A stretch of DNA of 64,000 bases from Oligoflexia bacterium (GTDB taxonomy: Bacteria; Bdellovibrionota; UBA1018): the NCBI GenBank assembly GCA_963758495.1, contig CAVWVI010000003.1, forward strand, positions 480,001 to 544,000. Direction: 5' to 3'. The translations under genes and the position numbers were made by a program. The notes beneath the pieces were generated by a model. The model searched no databases. It was not told the origin of the DNA and was given only the letters and a program-made list of their open reading frames with translations. Within the stretch, counting starts at the first letter, position 1, and the number at the start of each line of letters is the position of its first letter. Below are positions 19,697-30,721 of the stretch, piece by piece.

Positions 19697-20833
19697 CTAG
19701 TGACTTCTTGCAAGGTCCTTTATAAATGAGTAAAGGTCCTTCAACTCTTCCTTACTGAAGTTTCCGAAACCAGGCATAAGATCTCCTGGCAACCCTTCAA
19801 TCACCGCACGATTAAAGCTGTCTTCTGATTTCAATCCTTGAGATTGAGAATTAAATGACTGAGTGGTAACAAAAGCAACAGGGTTTCCGACTAAAGTTCG
19901 AACTTTAATTCCACCTTCCCCCTGGAGCCCATGACATTTTGCACAATCTCTTTGATAAAGACGTGCGCCATTTTTGCTTTCAATCGATAGTGAGTTCTCT
20001 ACATCTTCCGCAGCCTGATGATACAAATGTGCATTCATTTCTGCACTTGTCTCAGCAACTGTCACACGCTCTATCGCCAACTCAAGAGGAATGGTGGGAT
20101 CTTCTTTTGCTCCAGCAGAATTTTCTTGGGTCGGATCTATTCCAATTTTAGCAAAATCAGCCGGTACATCCGCTTGAGCAGGGGTAGGACCCAGTGTTAA
20201 TACATATTGTGCAAGTGCCCATCGATCATCTGCGGGTAGAGTCGCATAGGACGCCATTGCTGAAGGGGGTAATCCTTCTTTCAAAGTCTTAAAAACCTGC
20301 GTTGCTTTGCGTCCATTTTTCCAGCCTTCTGCTACTGTAAAGTTTCGAGGAGGAGGATTCAATGCACTCGCAGCAGGACCATTTCCTTTTCCTTCAGCTC
20401 CATGACAAGAAACACATTGAACTGAAAAGATTTCTTTTCCGTGTGCAACCAGCTCAGGAGTCGATATCCAAGGCTTTGAGTATTTTGATTTTCCGTTAGA
20501 TGCCGCAGCAACTAAGGGGCCTTTGACATAGACGTCGCCGCGGAAAAATAAATCTGTAGATGACAGAATCATAAAAATGGCTAGAAAGACAAAAGAAGTC
20601 ACAAAAATGACTGCATTCTCTCGTCGATCATACTTCAAATTCATGAAGATATACGCAACTAAAAAAGCCTTAACACTTGCAACAGCCAGGGCAATAAAGA
20701 AATTGAGTCGCCCCAGATCGATGTGCGCAATTCCTACAGTAACTCCTGTAAGAACGAATAAGATCAATCCGACGGTAACAGCCGTCTGAGTTGAGATAAT
20801 GTGATGATGATGCTTTTGAGTATTGGTTCCCAT
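19697..20833 (-). CDS. ctaF: Cytochrome c oxidase subunit IV fused to two cytochrome c domains
   Basis: 3-TM CoxIV (VKAFLVAYIFMNLKYD) followed by CVSCH and CAKCH; likely start ATG 20833. Confidence 0.85.
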   Translation of the reverse strand: MGTNTQKHHHHIISTQTAVTVGLILFVLTGVTVGIAHIDLGRLNFFIALAVASVKAFLVAYIFMNLKYDRRENAVIFVTSFVFLAIFMILSSTDLFFRGDVYVKGPLVAAASNGKSKYSKPWISTPELVAHGKEIFSVQCVSCHGAEGKGNGPAASALNPPPRNFTVAEGWKNGRKATQVFKTLKEGLPPSAMASYATLPADDRWALAQYVLTLGPTPAQADVPADFAKIGIDPTQENSAGAKEDPTIPLELAIERVTVAETSAEMNAHLYHQAAEDVENSLSIESKNGARLYQRDCAKCHGLQGEGGIKVRTLVGNPVAFVTTQSFNSQSQGLKSEDSFNRAVIEGLPGDLMPGFGNFSKEELKDLYSFIKDLARSH

Positions 20834-20835
20834 AT

Positions 20836-21489
20836 TTAACCTACTAGGTAAAGAAGCGGAAAAAGATAAATCCAAACTAAATCAACAAAGTGCCAATAAA
20901 AGCCGACCAATTCCACTGGCGTATAATAATGTGAATTAAAATCACCTCGAATAGTACGTCTCAGGAGCCAGGCAATCACACCCATTCCAATTAAGACGTG
21001 AATACCGTGTAGGCCAGTCATCATAAAATATAAAGAAAAGAAGAGTGGGGCTTTATGATGGACAATCTCAGTATTTGTAAAAAATGCACCTGGAAGAAGC
21101 CCATCATGAAACTTATGGGCATACTCGAAGTACTTCACAACTAAGAAACAACAAGCCAAGAAAAAAGTAGCACTTAAGAGCCCGATCGCCCGATTTCTTT
21201 GTCCTCTCTGGGTGGCACTCACTGCCAGTGCCATTGTTAGACTGCTTGTAATCAGAACAATCGTATTAATTCCACCCATCTTTACAGCTAAGTATTGATG
21301 AGCTTCATGGAACATGTCCGGATAAAGCCCTCTGAAAATTCCATAAGCGACAAAGAGCCCGCCAAACATGAGTACTTCAGTGACTAAGAATATCCACATC
21401 CCTTGTTTAGCTGCTTCAAATTCATCTTCAGCACTAGCGAAGTGATGAGCATGATGATGTTGATGTGCCGTAACTTCTACTTTCGACAT
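20836..21489 (-). CDS. ctaE: Cytochrome c oxidase subunit III
   Basis: GMWIFLVTE, TGLHGIHV and YWHFVDLVW. Confidence 0.95.
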   Translation of the reverse strand: MSKVEVTAHQHHHAHHFASAEDEFEAAKQGMWIFLVTEVLMFGGLFVAYGIFRGLYPDMFHEAHQYLAVKMGGINTIVLITSSLTMALAVSATQRGQRNRAIGLLSATFFLACCFLVVKYFEYAHKFHDGLLPGAFFTNTEIVHHKAPLFFSLYFMMTGLHGIHVLIGMGVIAWLLRRTIRGDFNSHYYTPVELVGFYWHFVDLVWIYLFPLLYLVG

Positions 21490-21503
21490 GATCTCTCCTT
21501 TAA

Positions 21504-23144
21504 TTATACGTTCGCCGGCATCGTTGTATTTTCTGGCAAATACTCATACGGCCAGGAAGTCACTACTGGAGTCTCTAAAAAATTGTCGTGGGGAGGTGGA
21601 GAAGGACTTTGCCACTCCAAAGTTAATGCATTCCAAGGATTAGCAGGTGCACGCTTTCCCTTTAAAACTGCCTGAATCAGATAATAGGCTATATATAAAA
21701 ATCCAACACCAATAAACCACGAACCCACAGTAGAAAGACGATTCAAGAAGGTAAATTCAGGTAAATAGCTCCAATAACGCCTTGGCATTCCTTGAGCCCC
21801 TAGAATAAATTGAGGGAAAAAGGTTACATTAAAACCTATAATAATGAACCAAAACGCAATTTGCGCTGCTTTTTCATCATACATTTTTCCAGACATTTTA
21901 GGGAACCAATAATGAAGTCCCGCTAACATACCCATAAGAGTGCCTCCCACCATCACATAATGAAAATGAGCCACAACAAAATAGGTCGCTGTCAAATGCA
22001 CATCAATGGCAAGAGTCGCTAAAAAAACTCCTGTCAATCCACCAATTGTAAATAATTCTAGAAAACCAAAAGCATAGAGCATGGGTGCATTAAAATGAAT
22101 AGATCCCTTATAAAGAGTTCCCACCCAACTAAATACTTTTACTCCCGTTGGAACCGCAACAAACATGGTGAGTAAGGAGAAAACAAAGTTTGCAAGCTCT
22201 GATTGACCACTTACAAACATGTGATGTCCCCAGACAATAAATGCGATTAATGCAATTCCGAAAGAGGAGTATGCAATCGCTTTGTAACCAAATATTGGCT
22301 TACGAGAGAAAACTGGAATCACTTCAGAAATCACACCCATAGCTGGAAGAATCATAATATAGACCGCTGGATGAGAGTAAAACCAAAAGAAGTGCTGAAA
22401 TAAAACTGGATCGCCCCCTAGTTTTGGATCAAATATCCCAATATGTAAAATTCTCTCCATACAAAGAAGAAGCAAGGTAATTGCAAGTACAGGAGTTGCT
22501 AAAACTTGAATAATACTCGTTGCATAAAGTGCCCAGCAAAAAAGTGGCAATCTTGCCCAAGTGAGGCCAGGAGCCCTTAATTTATGAATAGTTACAATAA
22601 AATTTAAACCTGTCAAAATAGATGAAAACCCAGCAATAAATGCCCCAAAGAGGACCAATATAACCGTTGTATTCGTACGAATTGAGTAAGGGGTATAAAA
22701 TGTCCAACCCGTATCAGCGCCTCGCAAAAAAAGAGCAAGCACCGCAAAACAGGCTCCTGCAACAAATATATAATAAGAAGCCAAATTGAGCCGAGGGAAA
22801 GCGACATCCTTCGCACCCAACATCATGGGTAGAATAAAATTACCCAAGGCAGCGGGAATAGATGGGATCACCACCAAGAAAACCATGATCGCGCCATGAT
22901 AAGTAAAAGCTCGATTATAGGCGTTAGCATCGATCAGGCTATGTCCACCGAACTTAAAGAGTTCAAGTCGGATGAGAAGAGCAAAAACTCCACCCAGTAA
23001 GAAAAAGGAAAGAACCGTAATCAGGTACATTACGCCAATTCGCTTATGATCAAGAGTAGTTAACCACGACCAAATACCCTTGGAGTGATTTAAGTAATTA
23101 TCTCCCCTATGTGCTGCTGCAGAGTTATTAGCCATACTGATCAA
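21504..23144 (-). CDS. ctaD: Cytochrome c oxidase subunit I, A2 type
   Basis: [14 protein letters not shown] (YS, A2 signature), WGHH, HFHY and GMPRRY. Confidence 0.98.
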   Translation of the reverse strand: MISMANNSAAAHRGDNYLNHSKGIWSWLTTLDHKRIGVMYLITVLSFFLLGGVFALLIRLELFKFGGHSLIDANAYNRAFTYHGAIMVFLVVIPSIPAALGNFILPMMLGAKDVAFPRLNLASYYIFVAGACFAVLALFLRGADTGWTFYTPYSIRTNTTVILVLFGAFIAGFSSILTGLNFIVTIHKLRAPGLTWARLPLFCWALYATSIIQVLATPVLAITLLLLCMERILHIGIFDPKLGGDPVLFQHFFWFYSHPAVYIMILPAMGVISEVIPVFSRKPIFGYKAIAYSSFGIALIAFIVWGHHMFVSGQSELANFVFSLLTMFVAVPTGVKVFSWVGTLYKGSIHFNAPMLYAFGFLELFTIGGLTGVFLATLAIDVHLTATYFVVAHFHYVMVGGTLMGMLAGLHYWFPKMSGKMYDEKAAQIAFWFIIIGFNVTFFPQFILGAQGMPRRYWSYLPEFTFLNRLSTVGSWFIGVGFLYIAYYLIQAVLKGKRAPANPWNALTLEWQSPSPPPHDNFLETPVVTSWPYEYLPENTTMPANV

Positions 23145-23174
23145 TTCTCCTCACCCTTTGGGCATTCGCCCGAG

Positions 23175-24197
23175 TTACTTAATGCTCTTGATATAAGCAA
23201 TCAATGCGTTCATCTCTAATTCAGTCAATAAGCCTTTGAATGTCGGCATGACTGGATTGAACCCCTTAACCGTATTGCTCTGGGGGTTTTCAATGTGATT
23301 GCGAATATAATTTTCATCTGCAACAATAGTCTTTCCGTTAGCAAGTTCAACCTTACTTCCAAAAAGTCCTTTGTGTGTAGGACCTACTTTAGTCGTTCCA
23401 TCTACTGAATGACAGGCAATACATCCCTTTGTTTCGTGAACCACTCGTCCTTGTTGAGCAAGCGAAGTCTGTACAACCGCAGATTGAACAGATGCCGCAG
23501 AAATATGAACTTGATCCTGACTCACCTGAGCAAGCTCTTGAACAGCATCAGGAATCGATTCTAATTTCTTATTTCGATTCCAAGCTTTCCATTGATCGTC
23601 AGTTAACACGACTACCTTTGCAAGCATCGCCGAATGAGAAGTTCCACAGTATTCTGTGCAGAATACTTGGTGCTTTCCAGGAACTGTCGCATTAAACCAA
23701 ATGCTACTATACATTCCAGGAACTACATCTTGTTTAATTCGAAAACTTGGAACAAAAAATGAATGAAGCACATCCTCAGAAGTCATGATGAACTTCACAG
23801 GATGATTCACAGGAACAAAAACTTCGTTCACTGTGGTCTTTCCATTGTCGTACTGAAACGTCCAAAGCCACTGCTTACCAATCACACGAATTTCATAAGC
23901 ATCCGCTGGAGCTTGGGTCATGGAATGATAAATAGAGTATCCCCAAACAAAAATGCCCATCAAAAGAAGAGTTGGAACGGCAATCCAAACAGCCTCAAGT
24001 AAATGGTTCCCCGTCATATACTTCGTCTTTTTGCCCGGACGATGCTTAAAAGAAGCAATAAAATAGAGCATCGCACCCAAAACTAATACGAAGAAGAAGA
24101 TACTCAAATAAAGTAAAAAATTGTAAAGACTATCCCAACGGGCGGCGATTTCGGTTCCCTGAAGAGGAAGACTACTTGTGAAAGCCTGGTTAAACAT
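23175..24197 (-). CDS. ctaC: Cytochrome c oxidase subunit II with C-terminal cytochrome c (caa3)
   Basis: DVLHSF, CuA motif CTEYCGTSHSAM and heme motif CIACH. Confidence 0.97.
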   Translation of the reverse strand: MFNQAFTSSLPLQGTEIAARWDSLYNFLLYLSIFFFVLVLGAMLYFIASFKHRPGKKTKYMTGNHLLEAVWIAVPTLLLMGIFVWGYSIYHSMTQAPADAYEIRVIGKQWLWTFQYDNGKTTVNEVFVPVNHPVKFIMTSEDVLHSFFVPSFRIKQDVVPGMYSSIWFNATVPGKHQVFCTEYCGTSHSAMLAKVVVLTDDQWKAWNRNKKLESIPDAVQELAQVSQDQVHISAASVQSAVVQTSLAQQGRVVHETKGCIACHSVDGTTKVGPTHKGLFGSKVELANGKTIVADENYIRNHIENPQSNTVKGFNPVMPTFKGLLTELEMNALIAYIKSIK

Positions 24198-25077
24198 TAG
24201 AAGAGGCTCCTTTTCTTTGTCTACGCCAAAAAACTGCTAAATAACCGCCAAATAGAATGACTGTAATACCGCAACTTAACTGCATGAGTTGAGTCAAATA
24301 TACAGAGTACTTTCTCGTATGCGGGTCATAACGATAGCAAAATAACAAAAATCGATCCACTACTGTTCCAATTTTACCATTGGATGCTTCTAGTAATGCT
24401 AACCGTAAATCTTTATTTGGGAATTCAATTCCGTACAAATAACGAGAAATCTTCCCTTCCGGTGTCAGCGCAAAAATAACAGAGCCATGAGCATACTGTT
24501 TCTCTTGCTCATCATAACGATAACCGAATCCAACTTCTGAAGCCAATTTACGAATTTGTGACTCTTCACCTGTAAGGAAATGCCAACCCGCCGCAGCCTC
24601 TGGCCTTCCATAGGATTTAAGATAAGCTTCTTTTTTACGATTAGCTAATTCAAAAGACTCTTTTGGATTCATGCTCACTGTAACAATTTCAAACTGATTA
24701 CCCGGCGTCCAATCCAAGGTTTTGAGAGAACTCACTAATCCATTCAGCACAAAAGTACAAAGGTTTGGACACTCATAATAGACTATAGTCAAAATAACGG
24801 GATGTCCCTTTTGAAAAAACTCTGCAAGTTTAACTGGCTTGCCAGATTGATCAAATAAAACAATATCAGAGATCGATACCTGAGATCCTAAATGCTCCTG
24901 AATCGTAACATCTTTTAGTTCAGGAGGGATTCCATTCGTCACTCCAATTGAACCTTGATTTTGAACATCAGGGGAGCAGTAAGCATATTGAAGGGAAGAG
25001 CTCTGAATAGCACAAGACGCAAGCAAAATAAGCGCTGCCTGGAACCATAGGCGGCTAGTCTGAGCTAAAAAACGCAT
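24190..25077 (-). CDS. sco: SCO1/SenC copper chaperone
   Basis: CPNLC, WHFLTG and YAHGS; C-terminal TM helix. Confidence 0.92.
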   Translation of the reverse strand: MRFLAQTSRLWFQAALILLASCAIQSSSLQYAYCSPDVQNQGSIGVTNGIPPELKDVTIQEHLGSQVSISDIVLFDQSGKPVKLAEFFQKGHPVILTIVYYECPNLCTFVLNGLVSSLKTLDWTPGNQFEIVTVSMNPKESFELANRKKEAYLKSYGRPEAAAGWHFLTGEESQIRKLASEVGFGYRYDEQEKQYAHGSVIFALTPEGKISRYLYGIEFPNKDLRLALLEASNGKIGTVVDRFLLFCYRYDPHTRKYSVYLTQLMQLSCGITVILFGGYLAVFWRRQRKGASSNV

Positions 25078-25331
25078 TATCTTAAATACCTCATAAAATT
25101 ACAACTCTCACCCTTCAGTGGTCACCCTGAGACAGGATTGCAGGACTGTCTTTGAACATAACCATGTCTACCTTTAATTTAAAATAGAGATGTTCCGTTT
25201 ATAGTTTTAGCGATGATTCAAGTCAAGAATAAGCTCGAATGAAATGAGAGAAAGTGGTACAAACTCTTTTATACAAAAGCTGGGTCAGACGACGATTGGT
25301 TCAGTTTAGCTTAGTAAAAAAGTCAATTGAG

Positions 25332-26234
25332 ATGGATTTTAATCAAGAATTAAAAGTTATAAAAGAGCTCTCTAAATCTGGAATTGTCACTTTGGTTCTG
25401 ATCAGTGTTCTAGCTGGCTACCTGATTGGGCAATCTCCCGAAACCACCCTGAACTGGCAAAGAATGGGCCTCACTCTCTTAGGCATTCTTTTTCTGGCTT
25501 CTGGCTCATCCGCTCTGAATCAATATCAAGAACGAGATATTGATGGCCAAATGGAAAGAACTTCAAAAAGACCGCTTCCTAGCGGACGAATTAGACCCAC
25601 CACTGTTCTCATTTTTATTGGAGTTACTTTAACCCTCGGATTGAGCTTACTTTTCTATCTAGACCCCATGCTTTTTATCTTAGGGGTTTTGGCCGTCATC
25701 TTTTATAATGGATTATACACTCTCTGGTGGAAAAAATACTGGGCTTACGCTGCAGTTCCAGGAGCGATCCCAGGAGCCATTCCTATTTTAATGGGACATA
25801 CGGCTGCTCATGGACAAGCTCTCGATCCAGCTGGGCTCTATCTTTTCTTTATTCTTATCTTTTGGCAAATGCCTCATTTTTGGACACTTGCCCTTCGCTA
25901 TCAGAAAGATTACGCACAAGGCGGCTTTCCCACCTTACCCGTAAAACATGGAAAAATCGTTACTCTCAATCAAATTATCGTATGGTGTTTAGCCTATGTA
26001 GGACTTGCCATCATTGCTCCGCTCTTTCTCCACGTTCGATGGGTTTACCTGATTCCTACACTTTTGATGAGTTTTAAGGTCATTCTCGAACTCTATCGAT
26101 ACATTAGAAATCCAGAAGGTCAGAAATGGCTTCATTTCTTTCTTTGGATTAATTTAAGCCTGATTATCTATTTAGGTGCAGCGACGGCTGATCTTTGGAG
26201 CATTTACCTACCTATTCCCCATTTTACACGCTAA
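25332..26234 (+). CDS. cyoE: Protoheme IX farnesyltransferase (heme O synthase)
   Basis: NQYQERDIDGQMERTSKRPLPSG, YT..WK and FWQMPHF; the track starts at 25254, but ATG 25332 fits better. Confidence 0.95.
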   Translation: MDFNQELKVIKELSKSGIVTLVLISVLAGYLIGQSPETTLNWQRMGLTLLGILFLASGSSALNQYQERDIDGQMERTSKRPLPSGRIRPTTVLIFIGVTLTLGLSLLFYLDPMLFILGVLAVIFYNGLYTLWWKKYWAYAAVPGAIPGAIPILMGHTAAHGQALDPAGLYLFFILIFWQMPHFWTLALRYQKDYAQGGFPTLPVKHGKIVTLNQIIVWCLAYVGLAIIAPLFLHVRWVYLIPTLLMSFKVILELYRYIRNPEGQKWLHFFLWINLSLIIYLGAATADLWSIYLPIPHFTR

Positions 26235-26260
26235 GCACCCGACCTCGTCGTCTCACTTTG

Positions 26261-27586
26261 CTATTTTCTTACCGACAGACTCGATTGACACGCTACGGAT
26301 GCACCTTGACTTGAGCATTGCTTCAGTACTTTACCATTCATATCGTGGGCAATGACATCCCACTCGTGATCGGCAGACTTCTCTAATGTCATGTATCCAA
26401 ATTCACGAATGGTAACTGCATCCCGAATCGTCCTTCCTCCTACTTGAACTCCAGCTATCTCCCCTGGAAGTTTAGTAAGAGCTGCCCCACTGTTTCCAGC
26501 CACTAACTGAGAGGGACCCTCATCTAAAAACCGGATCGCTTCAAAAAGGTGAATGTGACCTGATAGAATTAATTCTAAACCAGATAATGGGTAATTTCCA
26601 ATTGCTGCCTGAAGAGTTGCATTCAATGACCTTGCAGACTTTAAATGAGACTCACCCGAAGCTTTAAGTACTGCCCAAATGGGTCTATGAGTGAAGAACC
26701 ACTGGTACTCATTTTTTGATTCATGAATGCTCTTAAATTGAGAAGAGTACTTTCTGACTTGATCTAAGGGGGATTGACTATCCTCTGCAAGAGCTGAATC
26801 GAATATGACTGCTTTCTTCTGACCTACTTGAACGAAATAAGGATCGGTGTAATCGCTACACTGACCTGAGAAAGGTCGAGGATCTAAAAATCTAAACCAA
26901 CCCTCGCCTGCCCTTGCACAGAGTTCATGATTTCCACGAACAAAAATCCAAGGTGCCATTTTAAGTAATTCATTTGAAGGATTAAAAAAATCGGCCTCCC
27001 AAGTTGACCAATGATTTCCAAAAGGAGATCCCACACATCCCGCATTACCCTCGGGGCAATGAGCTTCTCTATAAATATAATCACCCACATGAATCACTAA
27101 ATCAGGCTTCCACTCAGCAGCAAGTTTTATAATTTTTAAAAAAGGCCACATCTCTGGATTATTACAACTTTGAATTTCCCTGCCACCCTTCCAAGTTTTA
27201 ATACGACAACCTGTATCTCCTACAACTAATATTCGACTGGGCGATGCCTTGGGCAATGGAAGAAGACGCCCATTCCATTCCACTCTCTTTGTCCCTTCAG
27301 GTACGACTGCCTCACAAACCTTAACGGGAAATGATTCGTCAGGGGCAGAGCGAAGTTCCATGAGTTGGGAATGAAAGTCTATCTGAAGCGTGGGGCAGGT
27401 CGGTTCTGTCGTAATCGCCCTTGCTCTTGGAATCGAGTGAGGTCCGATTTCAATCCACACATAAGGAGTTTGAGTTTCAGAAACCGTATTTTGCTTGATT
27501 TGAGAAAAATTAGAAGCACACGAGAAAAAAATACTTAAGCTCATTACAAATAAACATTGAACCCAACGACGCACCCAAGAATACAT
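26261..27586 (-). CDS. Calcineurin-like metallophosphoesterase, lipoprotein
   Basis: Lipobox FSC; GDTGC, GDYIY, RGNHE and GHIH. Confidence 0.88.
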   Translation of the reverse strand: MYSWVRRWVQCLFVMSLSIFFSCASNFSQIKQNTVSETQTPYVWIEIGPHSIPRARAITTEPTCPTLQIDFHSQLMELRSAPDESFPVKVCEAVVPEGTKRVEWNGRLLPLPKASPSRILVVGDTGCRIKTWKGGREIQSCNNPEMWPFLKIIKLAAEWKPDLVIHVGDYIYREAHCPEGNAGCVGSPFGNHWSTWEADFFNPSNELLKMAPWIFVRGNHELCARAGEGWFRFLDPRPFSGQCSDYTDPYFVQVGQKKAVIFDSALAEDSQSPLDQVRKYSSQFKSIHESKNEYQWFFTHRPIWAVLKASGESHLKSARSLNATLQAAIGNYPLSGLELILSGHIHLFEAIRFLDEGPSQLVAGNSGAALTKLPGEIAGVQVGGRTIRDAVTIREFGYMTLEKSADHEWDVIAHDMNGKVLKQCSSQGASVACQSSLSVRK

Positions 27587-27692
27587 AATGACCTCTTAAT
27601 AACTGCTTCTCATTAACCACTCATGACATGATTACATGAATGCTGTTCTATTTAGCCTTGCAGAGATTTTCCGATCGTAATAAAACTTTTCC

Positions 27693-28952
27693 ATGCCTGA
27701 ACCTTTTTTTGAATCCGCCCAAAAAAATGACCCAGAATGGGACCTAAAATGGGAAAGAACTGTGGTTCTTGAACTTTACAAAGAATACAATACTGTCACA
27801 AGTCATCACAAAGTGCCACTCAGACCTGTAGCTATTGCTCTATTTGATTCAAATTTACACTGGGGACAATGGGATCTTCAAACTCGTACCATTCTCATCT
27901 CTAGAAAATTGGTTCAAGAATACTCCTGGTTCCAAGTTCAATCGATTCTGCGTCACGAAATGGCACACCAATGGGTTGACGAAATTGATAAAGTGAATGT
28001 TAAAAAACCCGATGAAAAAACCGCCGAAACAACTGCCACAAAAACCGCCGCAAAAATTGAAAGACCTCACGGACCCCTTTTTAAGAAAGCGTGTCAAACC
28101 CTCGGTGTCCCTGCAGAGTTCTCTTCCGCAACTGCAAATCTCCAAATAAATGACCCGAATTGGAAACGCCAGCAGAAAAATAATGAGGTCGAAAAACTCC
28201 TCGACAAAGCTCAAAAACTTCTTTCATTAGCAACCTCCAGCAATGAACATGAAGCCCTCTTAGCAATGAATAAAGTGAGGGAGCTCTACGCCAAATACAA
28301 CTTAAGCCAAGCAGCTATTCACTCTGAATTGGACTTTGCTCATCTCATCATTACTCACCAAAAAAAACGAATTGAAGCGCATCACCGAAAAATCGTTGGA
28401 ATCCTAGTCGGCCACTTTTTTATAAAAGTGCTTTATTGCTCAACTTTTGATTCAAAAACTGGAAAACATTTCAAAGCAATTGAACTCATAGGTACACGTG
28501 CCAATGTGCTCATGGGTGAATATGTTTATTATTTTCTACTCCAACAAATTGAGTCTCTTGTCAAAGACCTCAAACGAGGCCGAAAAGATCTTTCGCGATT
28601 AGCACTCAAGTCTTACCGGTTAGGGGTTCTTCAAGGATTCGAAGATAAACTAGCGGAGTTAGACCGAGAGAGTGTGAAAAAATATAAAAAATCCCCATCT
28701 AAAAATGAATACCCCGAATCCTATGAGTCCCACTCCCTTGGAAAAGCGCTCGTTCTTTTAGAGGAAGACTCTCGATTGGATACCTACCTATCTGAAGCTT
28801 ATCCCAGAATCAGCACCACCACTACCGCTCGACAATGGGTTGAACCTTCCGTTTATTCTGCAGGTAAGGTGGCTGGTAAAAAAATTACATTGCATAAAGC
28901 CGTTTCATCTCGTGCTGGAAATCAGGGGTTTTTGTTATCAGATAAAAGATAA
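27693..28952 (+). CDS. SprT-like zinc metalloprotease domain + DUF2786
   Basis: LRHEMAH...HGPLFK; KLLSLATSSNEHEALLAM is the DUF2786 pattern. Confidence 0.85.
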   Translation: MPEPFFESAQKNDPEWDLKWERTVVLELYKEYNTVTSHHKVPLRPVAIALFDSNLHWGQWDLQTRTILISRKLVQEYSWFQVQSILRHEMAHQWVDEIDKVNVKKPDEKTAETTATKTAAKIERPHGPLFKKACQTLGVPAEFSSATANLQINDPNWKRQQKNNEVEKLLDKAQKLLSLATSSNEHEALLAMNKVRELYAKYNLSQAAIHSELDFAHLIITHQKKRIEAHHRKIVGILVGHFFIKVLYCSTFDSKTGKHFKAIELIGTRANVLMGEYVYYFLLQQIESLVKDLKRGRKDLSRLALKSYRLGVLQGFEDKLAELDRESVKKYKKSPSKNEYPESYESHSLGKALVLLEEDSRLDTYLSEAYPRISTTTTARQWVEPSVYSAGKVAGKKITLHKAVSSRAGNQGFLLSDKR

Positions 28953-30686
28953 AGGGGTACGGAGAGTTCCTATCTTCTTTAAAAATTCAATTTCCCGTTC
29001 GACCTCCACGGGCTGTTTTGGATCGACAATGATCATCTTGGTCCTTATAGATCCACTCCGATCTATAAAGGTAATACCCATGAGATATCCATTATGAGTA
29101 TCTTTTACTGGATGAACCACATAAATACCTGGTCTTCTGCTGCCATTCAATAATAGAGTATTCGCTTCGGCTTGCGTTATCTTTACATAATCAGCATATC
29201 TCGTTTGCTGATATTGAGTGATCAATTCTTGACTCGTTAGTGCCGAGTGCCGAAGTGAAGGATTACGGAATCTCTCTTGAATATATTTGATCCCCTCTTC
29301 AAATTGTTTTGAATTAATTCTTTGAACAGGATCGGGGTTTATTGCCGCCGCTATCAGATGATCAACAGGATCTAAAACTGACTTTTCAGATTCTTCACGA
29401 ATGAACTGCTCAAGAAGCGGGACTTGGCAATTGAGAAATCTTTGAAATTCTCCATAACCTGAAATCCTTCCCTGATTGCATTTGAGGATCCAGTCTCTTT
29501 TTTCGGGTTTGATCATCTGATAAGCGATGAGACCTGCAGCGTAGGTATCGCTTTTCAAGGCATTTTCTAGTTTTTCATGATCATCCGATCCGTACCAACG
29601 TATATTCGTAGGGTGTGAAAAGGGTTTAATCTTTAGAACCTCTGGTGCCATCATTCGGATAGTGCCAGAGCGTTCCCTCAGCTCTCCATTTTTAATCATC
29701 TCTTGAGGTAAATAGGCTAAATCAAAGTCACTCACAGCTAATTTGGGTTTTTTACCCATTAAGCCTACTAAAATATTCTCTTCTTTTAGATCTGCATGAT
29801 TAATACCCAACTCATGAAGTTTTTTGATCCCCAGACTGAGCTGATGAACGAGATCTAAACGCTGATCCAAAGTCATCTTTTGTATTTCACGGGTCTTATG
29901 CATGGCTGCAAGTAAATCTTGCGGATACATGGTTTGAATAATTCGGTCCTTCCCCACATGATAGGTCTCGACTAGTCCCGTCTGCTCTTCAAGGGGAAGA
30001 GCAGAAATCATCCCTAGAAATTTTTGCTCATTAAGAAACTGTTTAACTTTTTGAGATGGGTCGTCCTCATAAGGCTTGAGAGTCAATCTTGCTAACCTCG
30101 TCCAACTTCCATAAGAAGTCACTTGATGAGCAACTTTAGTCGCTCCCTCTCCCAGTTTACCCGACGCAAATTCCAAGTAAATTTTGCCCTTCTCGTCTAA
30201 CTCAAATTTTACGGGTGTGGCTTTTCCCTGTTTATCACGGAGCTCCAAGGGCGCTGGCTTGCTCGTTCCTGCTCTCCACGCCTCTTTATTTGATTCAATA
30301 TAATGGATGAGCTTATAAACCTCTGAAGGATAAATATCTGATTTATAAGTCCTATCTATCTTTTTTAATGCCTGTAAAAACTTCTGTTCAACGAAGGGTA
30401 TCCGGTCACTTAAGTTAGACTGCGGTGAAGTACAGGCTTGATTTTCCAATTGATTAATGACTGTGAGAGAATTTAAATATTTTTTAAGAAATTCAAGTTC
30501 TTCGACAACTTGAACTTCTTCACTTTTATCCTTTTTTTGCAATTCATCTATCTTCTGTTGAGTCTCTTGTATTTCTTTCTGTGTTTCGAGCGGGATCGCT
30601 GCAAAACTGAGTTGAACAGAAGCAACACACAAGAAGGAAGCGTAGAAAAGTGTTTTTTTGATGAATAAACTGCTTATAGCTCTCAT
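28938..30686 (-). CDS. Exported Hanks-type protein kinase with C-terminal SH2-like domain
   Basis: Signal peptide from ATG 30686 (...VQLSFA/A); LGEGAT, HADLKEENIL, DFD and GTIRMMAPE; C-terminus ITQAEANTLLLNGSRRPGIYVVHP...LRTPL. Confidence 0.8.
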   Translation of the reverse strand: MRAISSLFIKKTLFYASFLCVASVQLSFAAIPLETQKEIQETQQKIDELQKKDKSEEVQVVEELEFLKKYLNSLTVINQLENQACTSPQSNLSDRIPFVEQKFLQALKKIDRTYKSDIYPSEVYKLIHYIESNKEAWRAGTSKPAPLELRDKQGKATPVKFELDEKGKIYLEFASGKLGEGATKVAHQVTSYGSWTRLARLTLKPYEDDPSQKVKQFLNEQKFLGMISALPLEEQTGLVETYHVGKDRIIQTMYPQDLLAAMHKTREIQKMTLDQRLDLVHQLSLGIKKLHELGINHADLKEENILVGLMGKKPKLAVSDFDLAYLPQEMIKNGELRERSGTIRMMAPEVLKIKPFSHPTNIRWYGSDDHEKLENALKSDTYAAGLIAYQMIKPEKRDWILKCNQGRISGYGEFQRFLNCQVPLLEQFIREESEKSVLDPVDHLIAAAINPDPVQRINSKQFEEGIKYIQERFRNPSLRHSALTSQELITQYQQTRYADYVKITQAEANTLLLNGSRRPGIYVVHPVKDTHNGYLMGITFIDRSGSIRTKMIIVDPKQPVEVEREIEFLKKIGTLRTPLSFI

Positions 30687-30693
30687 AAAAGAA

Positions 30694-30721
30694 CTATCGG
30701 CACATTCAGCGCATTTATTTA
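30694..30721 (-). promoter_or_regulatory. sigma28-like promoter, leaderless
   Basis: TAAA-N16-GCCGATAG ending 7 nt before ATG 30686; no SD. Confidence 0.6.

Noticed and set aside
27651..27680. Possible sigma28 promoters before 27693 (TCCGATCG) and 54747 (TAAT-N15-TCCGAATA)
   Set aside because: Too many mismatches in both elements to list.
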